Shown here: positions 46,710 through 55,922 of the stretch, piece after piece
Layout of the letters: each line of letters starts with the position of its first letter
Numbering within the stretch: position 1 is the stretch's first letter
The notes under the pieces: model-generated
Seen by the model: the letters and a program-made list of their open reading frames with translations, nothing else
What the model was told of the DNA's origin: nothing
The model's database searches: none
Source: an uncultured Pirellulales bacterium
GTDB taxonomy: Bacteria; Planctomycetota; Phycisphaerae; Sedimentisphaerales; CAYZTY01
Direction: 5' to 3'
Length of the DNA: 64,000 nucleotides
Assembly: GCA_964444665.1 (NCBI GenBank)
Contig: CAYUIE010000003.1
Location: forward strand, 110,280-174,279
Program-made: the position numbers and the translations under genes

Positions 46710-48875
46710 ATGGCAAATTCTGCACAAGTAAGTTCATTAAAATTATCAGGTATACATCCTCAAAGCAAGGCAGATGAAAAACTCCCTCTCACAACCCTGG
46801 TTTCCCACAGCAATATCATTTTTGCTATAGGATTGGTTTTCATCCTGGCAACTTTGATAGTACCATTACCTACCCCTATACTGGACATGCTCCTTGCCTG
46901 CAGTATATCTCTGGCTGTAGCTGTTTTAATTGTAACTTTATCATCGAAAGAGGCTCTCGAACTATCCTCGTTTCCTTCGTTGCTGCTTTTCGTAACACTG
47001 TTCCGTCTCTCACTCAATGTGGCCTCAACTCGATTGATACTTCTACAGGCTAACGCGGGAAAAATAATCCAGACTTTCGGTGATTTTGTTGCCGGCGGCA
47101 GTTTAGTGGTCGGACTTGTAATCTTCTTAATCCTCGTTGTCATACAGTTTGTAGTAATCACAAAAGGTGCCGAGCGAATAAGCGAAGTCTCTGCACGTTT
47201 CACCCTGGATGCAATGCCTGGCAAGCAAATGGCTATCGATGCCGACCTCAACGCCGGACTTATTACTGAAACCCAAGCTAACGAACGCAGAACAAAAATC
47301 GTTAAGGAAAGCGAGTTCTATGGCGCAATGGACGGTGCCAGCAAATTCATTCGCGGCGACGCTAAGGCCGGGCTTGTAATTACTGCGGTTAACATTATCG
47401 GCGGTATAGTTATGGGTTACACACGCGGTATGACAATTGCAAATGCTATAAGAACTTATTCCATACTTTCTATCGGCGATGGACTCATCAGCCAGATACC
47501 ATCGGTAATAATCTCAGTAAGTTCGGGATTTCTGGTGACCAAAATATCATCCCAACACAGCGTTAGCCAGGATCTGTCCAGACAGTTTCTTAAGTCAAGC
47601 CAACCACTAAAAACAGCTTCTTTCATTATTGCAGCTATGGCCCTGGTGCCGGGTCTGCCAAAGATACCTTTCATTTTGCTGGCTATTGGCGCTTTTTCAA
47701 TCGGACGAGTCGCAGCTCAAACCGAAAAAGAACTGCAAAAAAGCACCACCCATCCGAAAGAAAAAACTGAGAAACAGCCAGTTGAAGAATTGTTGGATAT
47801 CGACAGAATCTCCGTACAGGTCGGCGTACGATTAATAAGTATGGTTGACCCTCGTAAAAACAGTACCATTTTTGAGCGTATTGGAGCACTACGAAGAAAA
47901 TTCGCACAGGAACTCGGCATTATCATTCCGCTGGTTCGCCTACAAGACAATATTACTCTCGAACCAACTGCTTATATAATTAGACTATATAACCATATAG
48001 TTGCAAAAGGACACCTGGAACCTGATATGTTCCTCGCTATGGATTCCGGTAGTGTCCAGTCTACAGTCCAAGGTATAAAAACTGTTGAACCTGTTTACGG
48101 CTTACCAGCCTTATGGATTAAACAAGCTGATAAAGAAAAGGCTGAATTAAGCGGATACACGGTAATTGATCCTGAATCTGTCTTTATTACCCATTTATCC
48201 GAAACATTGCGCAATCATGCCGATGATTTGCTAACCCGTGAAGACGTGCAGCTTCTCACAGACCGACTCCGAAAGACTCAACCGTCATTAGTGGGAGAAG
48301 TTGTCGGCCCGGATAAAAATGTATCCATTGGACTACTACAACGCGTGCTAAAAAATCTCCTAAAGGATGGAATACCGATTCGTGAATTAACCACTATAAT
48401 TGAATCGTTAGGAGAAAACGCCACAAAAACCAAAAATCCTGCTGCCTTAACAGAACTGGTTCGAAAGCCACTAAGCAGGACAATCACAGAGCTATTTCAA
48501 AATGATAATGGCAAGATTTTTGCCATAACGCTGGAACCTGCTCTCGAACATCAGATGACTTCTACTTTACGACAGGAACTGGACACAATAATGCTTGCTC
48601 TGCCAACCGACATGATAATGGATATTGGCAGGAAAATAGCACAGGCCTGGAAAGCAACAATGGACAAAGGCATCGACAAAGTAGTACTACTGTGCGATTC
48701 GAGATTACGCCTGCCTCTATCAGCAATGTTATCACGAACTGTACCACTACTATCGGTGATAGCTTACGATGAAATTCTGCTCGGAACCGAAGTAGAACCA
48801 ATAGAAGCTATATCAATACAGCAACCCGACTCAACAGTACAAGAAGGAAAAGAACTTATGGGAGCTACAACTTGA
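46710..48875 (+). CDS. flhA: Flagellar export apparatus protein FlhA
   Basis: 721 aa with FPSLLLFVTLFRLSLNVASTRLIL, AERISEVSARFTLDAMPGKQMAIDADLNAGLI and FYGAMDGASKFIRGDA. Confidence 0.95.
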   Translation: MANSAQVSSLKLSGIHPQSKADEKLPLTTLVSHSNIIFAIGLVFILATLIVPLPTPILDMLLACSISLAVAVLIVTLSSKEALELSSFPSLLLFVTLFRLSLNVASTRLILLQANAGKIIQTFGDFVAGGSLVVGLVIFLILVVIQFVVITKGAERISEVSARFTLDAMPGKQMAIDADLNAGLITETQANERRTKIVKESEFYGAMDGASKFIRGDAKAGLVITAVNIIGGIVMGYTRGMTIANAIRTYSILSIGDGLISQIPSVIISVSSGFLVTKISSQHSVSQDLSRQFLKSSQPLKTASFIIAAMALVPGLPKIPFILLAIGAFSIGRVAAQTEKELQKSTTHPKEKTEKQPVEELLDIDRISVQVGVRLISMVDPRKNSTIFERIGALRRKFAQELGIIIPLVRLQDNITLEPTAYIIRLYNHIVAKGHLEPDMFLAMDSGSVQSTVQGIKTVEPVYGLPALWIKQADKEKAELSGYTVIDPESVFITHLSETLRNHADDLLTREDVQLLTDRLRKTQPSLVGEVVGPDKNVSIGLLQRVLKNLLKDGIPIRELTTIIESLGENATKTKNPAALTELVRKPLSRTITELFQNDNGKIFAITLEPALEHQMTSTLRQELDTIMLALPTDMIMDIGRKIAQAWKATMDKGIDKVVLLCDSRLRLPLSAMLSRTVPLLSVIAYDEILLGTEVEPIEAISIQQPDSTVQEGKELMGATT

Positions 48876-48913
48876 GATTCAAAATTTGATAACTGAAAAT
48901 TCGGAAACTTACT

Positions 48914-49159
48914 ATGCCATTCAATGTCCGGTCAATCGCGGTAGGTATTGCAGTAATATGCTTTTTCAGCCTGAGTTTTATCGGCTGGATTAGCGGCCTA
49001 TCTCCATTCATTTGCTGCAAAAGAGCATTGGCAGGTACAGTACTTGCCTATATAGCAGGTAACTGGGCGGTCAAAGCCATTAATGCTATCTTGATTAACG
49101 CGATTATTACTAACCATATAAGTAAACAAAAGGAACAAGGAATTGGCGGTAAAGACTAA
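48914..49159 (+). CDS. Hypothetical small two-TM membrane protein
   Basis: 81-aa ORF with two hydrophobic segments and no obvious Shine-Dalgarno sequence. It sits where flhF/flhG are found in many sigma-54-tiered systems. Confidence 0.35.
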   Translation: MPFNVRSIAVGIAVICFFSLSFIGWISGLSPFICCKRALAGTVLAYIAGNWAVKAINAILINAIITNHISKQKEQGIGGKD

Positions 49160-49952
49160 GGAAAATCCTGAGAAGCAGACAGTTGAAGACCCTAAAAAGC
49201 ACCTAAATTCCGCTGCTATGCGCGCTTATTCCGGACAAAAGAAATCCACACAATTCATCGAAGATGAGCAGATAGTACAATTTCTCCCTATGGTTCATAA
49301 AATAGCCCGAAAGGTAATAAAATATCTGAAGCCACCATTAGTATTTGAAGATTTGGTTTCAGCTGGAACTGTTGGGCTGGTAAAAGCGGCTCGTGATTTC
49401 GACCCCTCTCATCACGCTGAATTCAAAACCTACGCCTACATCAGGATAAAAGGAGCCATTCTTGATGAACTAAGAGGTTGGTCTTTTATACCTGCGAATC
49501 TAAAAAAACAGGTTCGCAAGGCCATGCAACTCAGCCAGAAAATCACTGAGGAAACCGGTTCTGTCCCCAGTGATGCTGAATTAGCTGAAAAGCTTGGAAT
49601 AACTGTCGACGAGCTCTACAAGATGCTTGAAAATGCTCGTGCCCAGCATTTTATCTCTATAGATGACTCTACAGAAAACTCCCCTGCATTGGGAAATTTT
49701 TTGTCAGCAAGAAACACAACTACTCCTGCCCAGCAAATTGAAAAAGCTGAGCTTATAGATAAGTTAGCCAAGGCGATTCAAACATTGCCTAAAAAACAAC
49801 AGCAAATTATTGTGCTTTATTACCAGCAACATCTAACGATGAAACAAATTGCTGAAATTCTCGAAATAACCGAGTCATGTATCAGCCAACTGCACGCAAG
49901 TGCAATATTTAATTTGTCCGTAAAATTAAGGCAGTGGAAAGATGGTAGATAA
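49143..49952 (+). CDS. fliA: Flagellar sigma factor FliA (sigma-28)
   Basis: Region 2 DLVSAGTVGLVKAARDFDPSHHAEFKTYAYIRIKGAILDELR and region 4 LTMKQIAEILEITESCISQLHASAI. The ORF-track start is TTG at 49143; an ATG at 49218 is an alternative start. Confidence 0.88.
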   Translation: MAVKTKENPEKQTVEDPKKHLNSAAMRAYSGQKKSTQFIEDEQIVQFLPMVHKIARKVIKYLKPPLVFEDLVSAGTVGLVKAARDFDPSHHAEFKTYAYIRIKGAILDELRGWSFIPANLKKQVRKAMQLSQKITEETGSVPSDAELAEKLGITVDELYKMLENARAQHFISIDDSTENSPALGNFLSARNTTTPAQQIEKAELIDKLAKAIQTLPKKQQQIIVLYYQQHLTMKQIAEILEITESCISQLHASAIFNLSVKLRQWKDGR

Positions 49953-50184
49953 TAATTCTAACGTAATAAAGCCAGTTGAAGGGTTACAAAATATAGCAGG
50001 CTTAACTCCCACCGAACGACGTAAAGACAGAAAACGACGGCAGCAGTTAAATCAGGAAAGCAAGCAAAACTTGGATACTGAAAACCAACCAGATAATCCT
50101 ATTGATGAGCAGTATTCACTCATTGACCAGACCGAGAACGAAAATGAACAATCTAATTCCGGCGGAATTGACTACCGTGCTTGA
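49942..50184 (+). CDS. Hypothetical low-complexity acidic protein
   Basis: 80-aa ORF whose ATG overlaps the fliA stop region. It is rich in Q, N and E and has no motif I recognise. Confidence 0.3.
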   Translation: MVDNNSNVIKPVEGLQNIAGLTPTERRKDRKRRQQLNQESKQNLDTENQPDNPIDEQYSLIDQTENENEQSNSGGIDYRA

Positions 50185-50229
50185 CAAAAATTGTAAACCC
50201 AAAAAATTAATGAAAGGTTGGTAGAATAA

Positions 50230-50472
50230 ATGCCGCAATCAACCAGACGTATCCTAAAGGCAGACGATATTGAACTCGAAGGACAATTCCATTTAGACAT
50301 ATCGCAGTCTGGACCAACGCCGCAAAACAATAATAACACAGCTTTATCTGAGCCAAAAGCTCATATTGTCGAAAAACAATCCGAATTCGTTGTTATAGAA
50401 GTAACCTGTAGTTGCGGCATAAAAACTTATTTAAGATGTGAATACGTTAAAGACCAAGCTCCCGAAGGCTAA
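50230..50472 (+). CDS. Hypothetical small Cys-containing protein
   Basis: 80 aa with the C-terminal string FVVIEVTCSCGIKTYLRCEY. The GGTTGG upstream of the ATG is purine-rich. Confidence 0.35.
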   Translation: MPQSTRRILKADDIELEGQFHLDISQSGPTPQNNNNTALSEPKAHIVEKQSEFVVIEVTCSCGIKTYLRCEYVKDQAPEG

Positions 50473-50538
50473 CGAACATAAAGCAGTACATTTATGATTC
50501 CTAAGCACATTTATGACAAAACAAATGGAGAAAACAAA

Positions 50539-51117
50539 ATGAAAGACAAAAAAATTACATTTTTCTTGAGTTCAACGGCTCTAATATTCCTTGCAGGCTG
50601 TTTAAGCCCTCAAGATAGCTCGAAAACTGCTATCTTATCTGGTCTTGTTGATAAATCTGTTTCTCCTGGAGACGAGGTTATTGTGCAAAGATTTCAGCAA
50701 GCTGCCCCACAAAATCCCACCGCAATAGAAACCGCGATAGAATTGTCGGGAAAATATGCCAAACTTTCCGAAGATGCGGCCATATTACGACAGAAAAATC
50801 AACATCTTATCAATGAAAACCAACAACTCAATGACGAAAACACAACTCTTGAGATTCAATTGCAACAAACACAAAAGGAGCTAACTGAAGCAAACAACCT
50901 TTTGATTGATTTACGTATCGAATTAAACAACTGGAAAACTGATATCATGGGCTTTCGAGAAGAATTGCGGCAAGCCGACATAGAGCAGCTGCAGGCACTC
51001 ATCAAAATATTGGAAGTTCTCGGCGGCGAATTAAAGACAAAGTCCGAGGGAAATTTTAAAACGTCAAGAATAAAAGAAACGAACACAGAAAATGCAAACT
51101 CGACGATACAATGCTAA
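50539..51117 (+). CDS. Putative lipoprotein with coiled-coil region
   Basis: I prefer the ATG at 50539, preceded by GGAG. It has a signal peptide with lipobox FLAGC and a heptad-like Q/N/L/E-rich segment. Confidence 0.45.
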   Translation: MKDKKITFFLSSTALIFLAGCLSPQDSSKTAILSGLVDKSVSPGDEVIVQRFQQAAPQNPTAIETAIELSGKYAKLSEDAAILRQKNQHLINENQQLNDENTTLEIQLQQTQKELTEANNLLIDLRIELNNWKTDIMGFREELRQADIEQLQALIKILEVLGGELKTKSEGNFKTSRIKETNTENANSTIQC

Positions 51118-51169
51118 AGTCTACCTAATCAACTTGGGCTTTTGAAAGAACAGGAATCTTTAATTTTAG

Positions 51170-51898
51170 GTGAGAACAATGAATAAATTGAGAACAACGT
51201 CATCCTTTATACGAACCCAAATTCTTCTAACCATTATTTATGGCTTGAAGAATGCTTTACAAATTTCGATCTACAAGTCACGCTTTTTCATTTATCTATC
51301 ACTCACTACTCTATTACTTACTTTCGGCTGTCAGTTCAACAAAACCACTGCATCGAAACAGATTGGTTACTACTATCTAAACCCAAATAAAGACCTGGCC
51401 CGTATGAGCAGGATAGCTTTAGTTGAACTTAATAACGATTCCAGCTACCCTCAAATCTCTGTAGATATAACAGAATCGCTTTTTCAGGCATTGCAGAAAA
51501 GGCAGATTTTCGGTTTAACCATTGTCCGTCAAAACGACCCCGCATGGCGCAGTCTGCAGGTAAACCTTAATTCCACATACGATTTAGGCCAATTAGTAGC
51601 AATCCATAACACATTAAAATGCAATGCTGTATTGACAGGAACTATTACTGAATTTAGACCTCATCCACATATGATTATCGGCCTTCGTTTAAAGCTCGTG
51701 GACCTGAGGGATGGACAGTTAATATGGGCGGTTGAGCAAATATGGGACACAGCCGACAAAACTATAGAAAGTCGAATGAAAAAGTACTTTCAAACACAGA
51801 TAAGAGCTGGTTATGCTTCTTTACAAGAACAACTGATAACCATTAGTTCATTAAATTTCATTAAGTTTATAACTTATGAGGTAGCTGCCACAATGTAA
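51170..51898 (+). CDS. Putative lipoprotein (LpoB/CsgG/FlgO-like pattern, unassigned)
   Basis: Lipobox-like LLTFGC. The pattern ..AVLTGTITEFRPHPHMIIGLRLKLVDLRDGQLIWA recalls periplasmic lipoproteins of the LpoB/CsgG-type fold. Confidence 0.4.
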   Translation: MRTMNKLRTTSSFIRTQILLTIIYGLKNALQISIYKSRFFIYLSLTTLLLTFGCQFNKTTASKQIGYYYLNPNKDLARMSRIALVELNNDSSYPQISVDITESLFQALQKRQIFGLTIVRQNDPAWRSLQVNLNSTYDLGQLVAIHNTLKCNAVLTGTITEFRPHPHMIIGLRLKLVDLRDGQLIWAVEQIWDTADKTIESRMKKYFQTQIRAGYASLQEQLITISSLNFIKFITYEVAATM

Positions 51899-52007
51899 TT
51901 CAGGACATTAAAGGTATAGTTGTAAATATGGGTAAAATTCAAAAAATACTATTTTCGTTCAAAAATGGCATCGACTTTAGAAAAAAAGAAAATACGAAAA
52001 AAATTTT

Positions 52008-52034
52008 TAAAGTTTTATAAAAACCTTACGAAAA
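52008..52034 (+). promoter_or_regulatory. Sigma-28-type promoter candidate upstream of flgM
   Basis: TAAAGTTT-N11-TACGAAAA: the -35 element is 8/8 and the -10 element 5/8 against GCCGATAA. It lies 36-62 nt upstream of the flgM ATG. Confidence 0.45.
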
Positions 52035-52069
52035 GGATTTTAGATTAGGAATTTTAAAAAAGCAATACA

Positions 52070-52339
52070 ATGATAGAAAAAATCGACAATAGTAAAATTC
52101 AAGAAACCTTGGAGAAGGCATCTCCCAGGCAGCCCGGCCCTATGAAATCCGTTCAAAAGGACAATGCGGATGTTTCTGTCCAGGTTAACTATGCTTCCCT
52201 AATTGAACAGGCAACAAAGCCCTTACAGACAGACGCTGAAGTGATTTCGCAGGTCAAAAAACTTCTAACGTCTGGTCAACTTTTAAGTTCTGAAAAAGTA
52301 CAAGAAGCAGCAAAAAACATAGTAAGCTGTGGCATATAA
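52070..52339 (+). CDS. flgM: Anti-sigma-28 factor FlgM
   Basis: 89 aa with a C-terminal FlgM-like segment (AEVISQVKKLLTSGQLLSSEKVQEAAKNIV). A sigma-28-like promoter lies upstream. Confidence 0.7.
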   Translation: MIEKIDNSKIQETLEKASPRQPGPMKSVQKDNADVSVQVNYASLIEQATKPLQTDAEVISQVKKLLTSGQLLSSEKVQEAAKNIVSCGI

Positions 52340-52535
52340 AAAACTCCAAACAAAAAAGTATTTATTGTCAAGGAAGACCCAACTAAAAGCCTGATTAGAA
52401 TTTAAGAAAACGAGACAGAACACCTTATTCAAGGGACAAGGTCTTTGGGGTATGGCGAAGCAAATTCGAACCATTTATATGCAAGAATTTGCGTTAAAAA
52501 GTCCCGAACTTTTTTGTCTGGATGTTTCACTAACT

Positions 52536-52589
52536 CGGCGAGGAAATGTGTAATTTTAGCCCCCAAAGTTGCCCATCCTCGCCGTTTTT
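52536..52589 (+). terminator. Stem-loop with U-tract (CGGCGAGGA-N31-TCCTCGCCG-TTTTT): terminator or attenuator
   Basis: The 9-bp GC-rich arms and the run of five T residues were read directly. It lies 32 nt upstream of the HPP-family ATG and about 200 nt downstream of flgM. Confidence 0.45.
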
Positions 52590-52621
52590 AATAACCTAAG
52601 TTATATTATATTAAACCCTCA

Positions 52622-53107
52622 ATGGATTTCCTGAAAGTGGAATCGCAGACTACAATTAGTGGCAAATTCAAAAGGTTTTGGAAACATTATCTCCTGCAGA
52701 GCCTCTTAGCAGCTGCTACCTTGTCCATAATCGTTCTTATCCTCGGTAAAGACAAAGTGGTCGTAATCAGTGCGATGGGTGCTACCAGCTTTATCCTATT
52801 TGCAATGCCTAAATCCATCTCTGCACAAACAAAAAACGTTGTTGGCGGCCATTTGGTCGGCCTTTTATGCGGAACAGTTTTCTATTTCACCAGTTTGCCA
52901 TATTTTATTGAGTATCCCTGCGCAGTCGGAATCGCTATTTGCCTTATGGTAGCTTTGGGCTTCGAGCACCCTCCCGCCGCAGGTACTGCTCTGGCCGTCG
53001 TGATAAATGAAGTCTCATCTGATGTTTTCATCACTATAATGGCATCTGCATTGGTATTATCTCAATGTAAGTATTTCTTAAGAAACCACTTAAAAGACTT
53101 GATATAA
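52622..53107 (+). CDS. HPP-family integral membrane protein
   Basis: 161 aa with four hydrophobic segments. The conserved-looking FEHPPAAGTALAV (HPP motif) follows GATSFILFAMP. Confidence 0.7.
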   Translation: MDFLKVESQTTISGKFKRFWKHYLLQSLLAAATLSIIVLILGKDKVVVISAMGATSFILFAMPKSISAQTKNVVGGHLVGLLCGTVFYFTSLPYFIEYPCAVGIAICLMVALGFEHPPAAGTALAVVINEVSSDVFITIMASALVLSQCKYFLRNHLKDLI

Positions 53108-53584
53108 CCCATATATATGACTTTGAAAACTACAAAACCGATTGTTAAGCATAACAATCAAGAAGTTGTCCGATTAGTCCATAGTCGACATACTCTTGAA
53201 CTATGTTTAATGAGTTTGAATAGGTAAACAAATTGCGAATGCGATCTATTTGTAGATTTCCACCGAAAGCTCCGTGGCGATTATTATTTAGCTTGTCGAT
53301 GTGTAGAAACACATTTGTCCTATTGCTAAGAGGTTCGGAGCTAATTACCCTACACGGAATTCTCTTTATCATCTCATCACACTCCCGACAAAACTATGTT
53401 AGCGAATCCAAACAGCTAAATCAAGGTAAATCACACTATACAAGATTGTCAGGGGCTCCTTATTTTTCTGAAAAGTAATTCCACTTAGAGCAAAGTGATA
53501 TTATAAGACGAAAAGTAGAAAATTAGCAAAAGATATTCACCGAATATATGTCTAAAATGCCCAACAATAATTTCACAATAGCCC

Positions 53585-53824
53585 ATGTTTCCTGATTTAG
53601 TCTCCGGTACAGGAATTTTATCGATGCAGATTATCGCTCGATGTCCAAAATGCGGCAGCCCCTGGCTACTTGACCAAAGCGTGGTTGACCGACGGATAAA
53701 ATGCCGAAAGTGCAGAAAATTATTTAAAGTCCCGAAGCTGGAGGAGGTCCCAAAAGCAGTCAGCGTAATAAAACAGGCAAAAGGTATCATTTATGTGAAT
53801 GAGGAGGGTAAAACATACGGCTAA
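53585..53824 (+). CDS. Small zinc-ribbon protein (MJ0042-type CxxC...CxxC)
   Basis: IARCPKCGSPWLLD....IKCRKCRKLFKVP. An alternative ATG lies at 53624. Confidence 0.45.
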   Translation: MFPDLVSGTGILSMQIIARCPKCGSPWLLDQSVVDRRIKCRKCRKLFKVPKLEEVPKAVSVIKQAKGIIYVNEEGKTYG

Positions 53825-53911
53825 CACTTATTCCTCGCTAATTATCGTCTGTCAAATCTCAAATCACAAAAATTGATTTTAAGATTATGGTTGCCAGTCG
53901 TACCGGATAAG

Positions 53912-54325
53912 TTAAGGTCCACGGTTCGATGATTTCTCGTGGACTTTGATATCATGAGCTTTTCGCTGCGACTTTTTTTCGACCGACGGTTTGGGCCGTT
54001 CGATACCCATTGCTTTTTCAATATTTGCTATTCTTGCAGATATTTCATTTAATCTGCTGTCGATAGAATCTAATTTTCTCACTACGACTCTAATTTCCGC
54101 TCCGATTTCGAACAAATTCCTTTCAGTTAAATCCATATACCTTTGCATTAGCTGCTCATAAGCGTCTATAGCTCGTGCCGTGTCGGTTCTATATTCGGGT
54201 ATGGTAATCTGCGGTTTAACTTCATAAGTTTTCTGGCCGCCCTGTAACGACGGTGGATACAATACTATGACTGCGCAAACAACGAGACCCACAATAATAA
54301 ACAATAACTGTGTGCTTGGTCGCAT
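53912..54325 (-). CDS. Hypothetical single-TM coiled-coil protein
   Basis: Strong GGAGG Shine-Dalgarno sequence upstream of the ATG. It has an N-terminal TM segment (LLFIIVGLVVCAVIVLY) and a helical remainder, and lies downstream of fliS in the same orientation. Confidence 0.5.
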   Translation of the reverse strand: MRPSTQLLFIIVGLVVCAVIVLYPPSLQGGQKTYEVKPQITIPEYRTDTARAIDAYEQLMQRYMDLTERNLFEIGAEIRVVVRKLDSIDSRLNEISARIANIEKAMGIERPKPSVEKKSQRKAHDIKVHEKSSNRGP

Positions 54326-54451
54326 CCACTACCTCCTTCATCGCTTATTTACAATCAGAAACCGCTTTCCCCCAAATCACAGAATAAGTGTCGTGTCAAA
54401 AAGAATTGCAAAGATTATTTGTATTGTTGTTTCAGCCTCTAATTGCAACGA

Positions 54452-54808
54452 TTAAGCGATAGTCTTCCAGCCTTGATTAAGCTCTTCCATTATCGATATA
54501 ACTTCGCGAATCATCTGTGGATCACGTTTCACATTGGCCTCTGATAAGCGATTACTCATAAAGCAATAGAGCTTACAAAGATTGTCGGCTATTTCGCCTC
54601 CATCATTTCTATCCAGTACAGCATTTAGCTCGTTGATGATATCCTGGGCCCTGTTTATATACTGCCCTTTTTTCTCGTAATCGCCGGCTTCCAACTCCTT
54701 AACAGCCAGCTTCATAAACTTAATCGCACCTTCATATAGCAAGACGATAAGACGTCCCTTGCTCTGTGTTGTAACTGCCGTATCCCTATATGTTTTCACT
54801 TCATTCAT
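54452..54808 (-). CDS. fliS: Flagellin-specific export chaperone FliS
   Basis: YRDTAVTTQSKGRLIVLLYEGAIKFMKLA...INRAQDIINEL...L..GGEIADNLCKLYCFM is the FliS four-helix pattern. Confidence 0.88.
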   Translation of the reverse strand: MNEVKTYRDTAVTTQSKGRLIVLLYEGAIKFMKLAVKELEAGDYEKKGQYINRAQDIINELNAVLDRNDGGEIADNLCKLYCFMSNRLSEANVKRDPQMIREVISIMEELNQGWKTIA

Positions 54809-54908
54809 AAATTCGCTTCCTGCTTATTATGTATTAAGTCCCAAAGACAATTTGTTAATCCATTAAACGACCAATAATCTATCCCTTTGTGGCTTAAGTG
54901 ATTAATCC

Positions 54909-54949
54909 AGAAGAAGGGAGATGACCGAGATTTACATCAGTCATCTCCC
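54909..54949 (-). terminator. Intrinsic terminator candidate after the flagellin gene
   Basis: A 10-bp perfect stem GGGAGATGAC/GTCATCTCCC (54916-54925 and 54940-54949). On the minus strand it is followed by UUCUUCU, 47 nt past the flagellin stop codon. Confidence 0.5.
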
Positions 54950-54995
54950 CCAAAAATTCATCCATTTTACCTGTCGAGGTCAAGTATGTTTCTTT

Positions 54996-55811
54996 TCATA
55001 CAAGCAGACTCAACGCCATTTGAGGCATCATATTGGCCTGTGCAAGCATGGCGACACCGGCTTGAGCCAAGACCTGGTTTCTGGTCATCTGAGACATTTC
55101 GGTAGCTACGTCCACGTCTGAAATACGTGATTCGGACGCCTTAAGGTTCTCTGCCTGCACATTAAGGACGCCGACCGTGTTTTCCAGACGATTCATTTTC
55201 GCTCCGAAATCTGCACGCGCAGTAGTTGCCGAATCGATAGCTGTATCCAAAGTAGTCAGAGCAGTCGAGGCACTACTTGTCGTGCTGAGACCCAGAGCAT
55301 TAATACTAAGACCACTCTTGGACACATCAGTCTTATCCAGGGTTATGTTATCGTTTGTCCCACTTCCAAAAACAATTGATACACTGCCATTTGCGCTATT
55401 GAGCATACTAATACCATTAAACTGCTCAGCTTCTGCAATACGCTCAATTTCGTTGGCTAATTCTTTAAACTCGTTGCTCATAATAGTTCGCTGAGTTGAA
55501 GAATAAGACCCTGTGGCTGCCTGCTGAGCTAACTGTTTCATACGCACAAGCAGGTCATCGATTGTCTGCATAGAACCTTCCGTTGTTTGCAACAGGCTAA
55601 TGCCATCCTGTGCATTACGAGCACCCTGTTGCAACACAGCGGTATCTGCACGCAACAACTCACGAACAGCCAGACCGGCTGCATCGTCTTTTGCGGTGTT
55701 GATGCGCAGTCCCGAAGCCAGCCTTTCGACCGACTGTGCCAAAGCATCATAGCTTCTCCCCAAATGCCGGGCAGCATTTTCCGCCATAATGTTGTTCTTA
55801 ATTGCTAACAT
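54996..55811 (-). CDS. fliC: Flagellin (short, 271 aa, lacking large outer domains)
   Basis: N-terminus NAARHLGRSYDALAQSVERLASGLRINTAKDDAAGLAV and C-terminus DVDVATEMSQMTRNQVLAQAGVAMLAQANMMPQMALSLL. The middle is rich in S and T. Confidence 0.93.
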   Translation of the reverse strand: MLAIKNNIMAENAARHLGRSYDALAQSVERLASGLRINTAKDDAAGLAVRELLRADTAVLQQGARNAQDGISLLQTTEGSMQTIDDLLVRMKQLAQQAATGSYSSTQRTIMSNEFKELANEIERIAEAEQFNGISMLNSANGSVSIVFGSGTNDNITLDKTDVSKSGLSINALGLSTTSSASTALTTLDTAIDSATTARADFGAKMNRLENTVGVLNVQAENLKASESRISDVDVATEMSQMTRNQVLAQAGVAMLAQANMMPQMALSLLV

Positions 55812-55922
55812 ATTGCTAACTCCTTATTAAATAGTAAACTTGTCGATATATTGAAGCCCCAATTGTTGAATTCAAAAAATACATTTAGATAGCATCCCAT
55901 AAAGACACTCTTTCAAAAAGCA

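Noticed and set aside
52464-52472. GGTTCGAAT (minus strand) resembling a tRNA/tmRNA T-loop, plus a GGGG run resembling a tmRNA 5' end
   Set aside because: Around it I could build no T-stem, no acceptor stem and no CCA-adjacent pairing. The GGGG pairing extends in the wrong direction for a tmRNA acceptor stem.
52283-52474. 63-aa minus-strand ORF overlapping the flgM 3' end
   Set aside because: It has a Phe/Cys/Tyr-rich composition, reflecting translation of AT-rich and structured spacer sequence. It overlaps flgM antisense and has no motif.
53145-53790. Minus-strand ORFs 53145-53372 (75 aa) and 53485-53790 (101 aa)
   Set aside because: Neither has a recognisable motif or ribosome-binding site. 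The second overlaps the more plausible plus-strand zinc-ribbon ORF. I left both unannotated.
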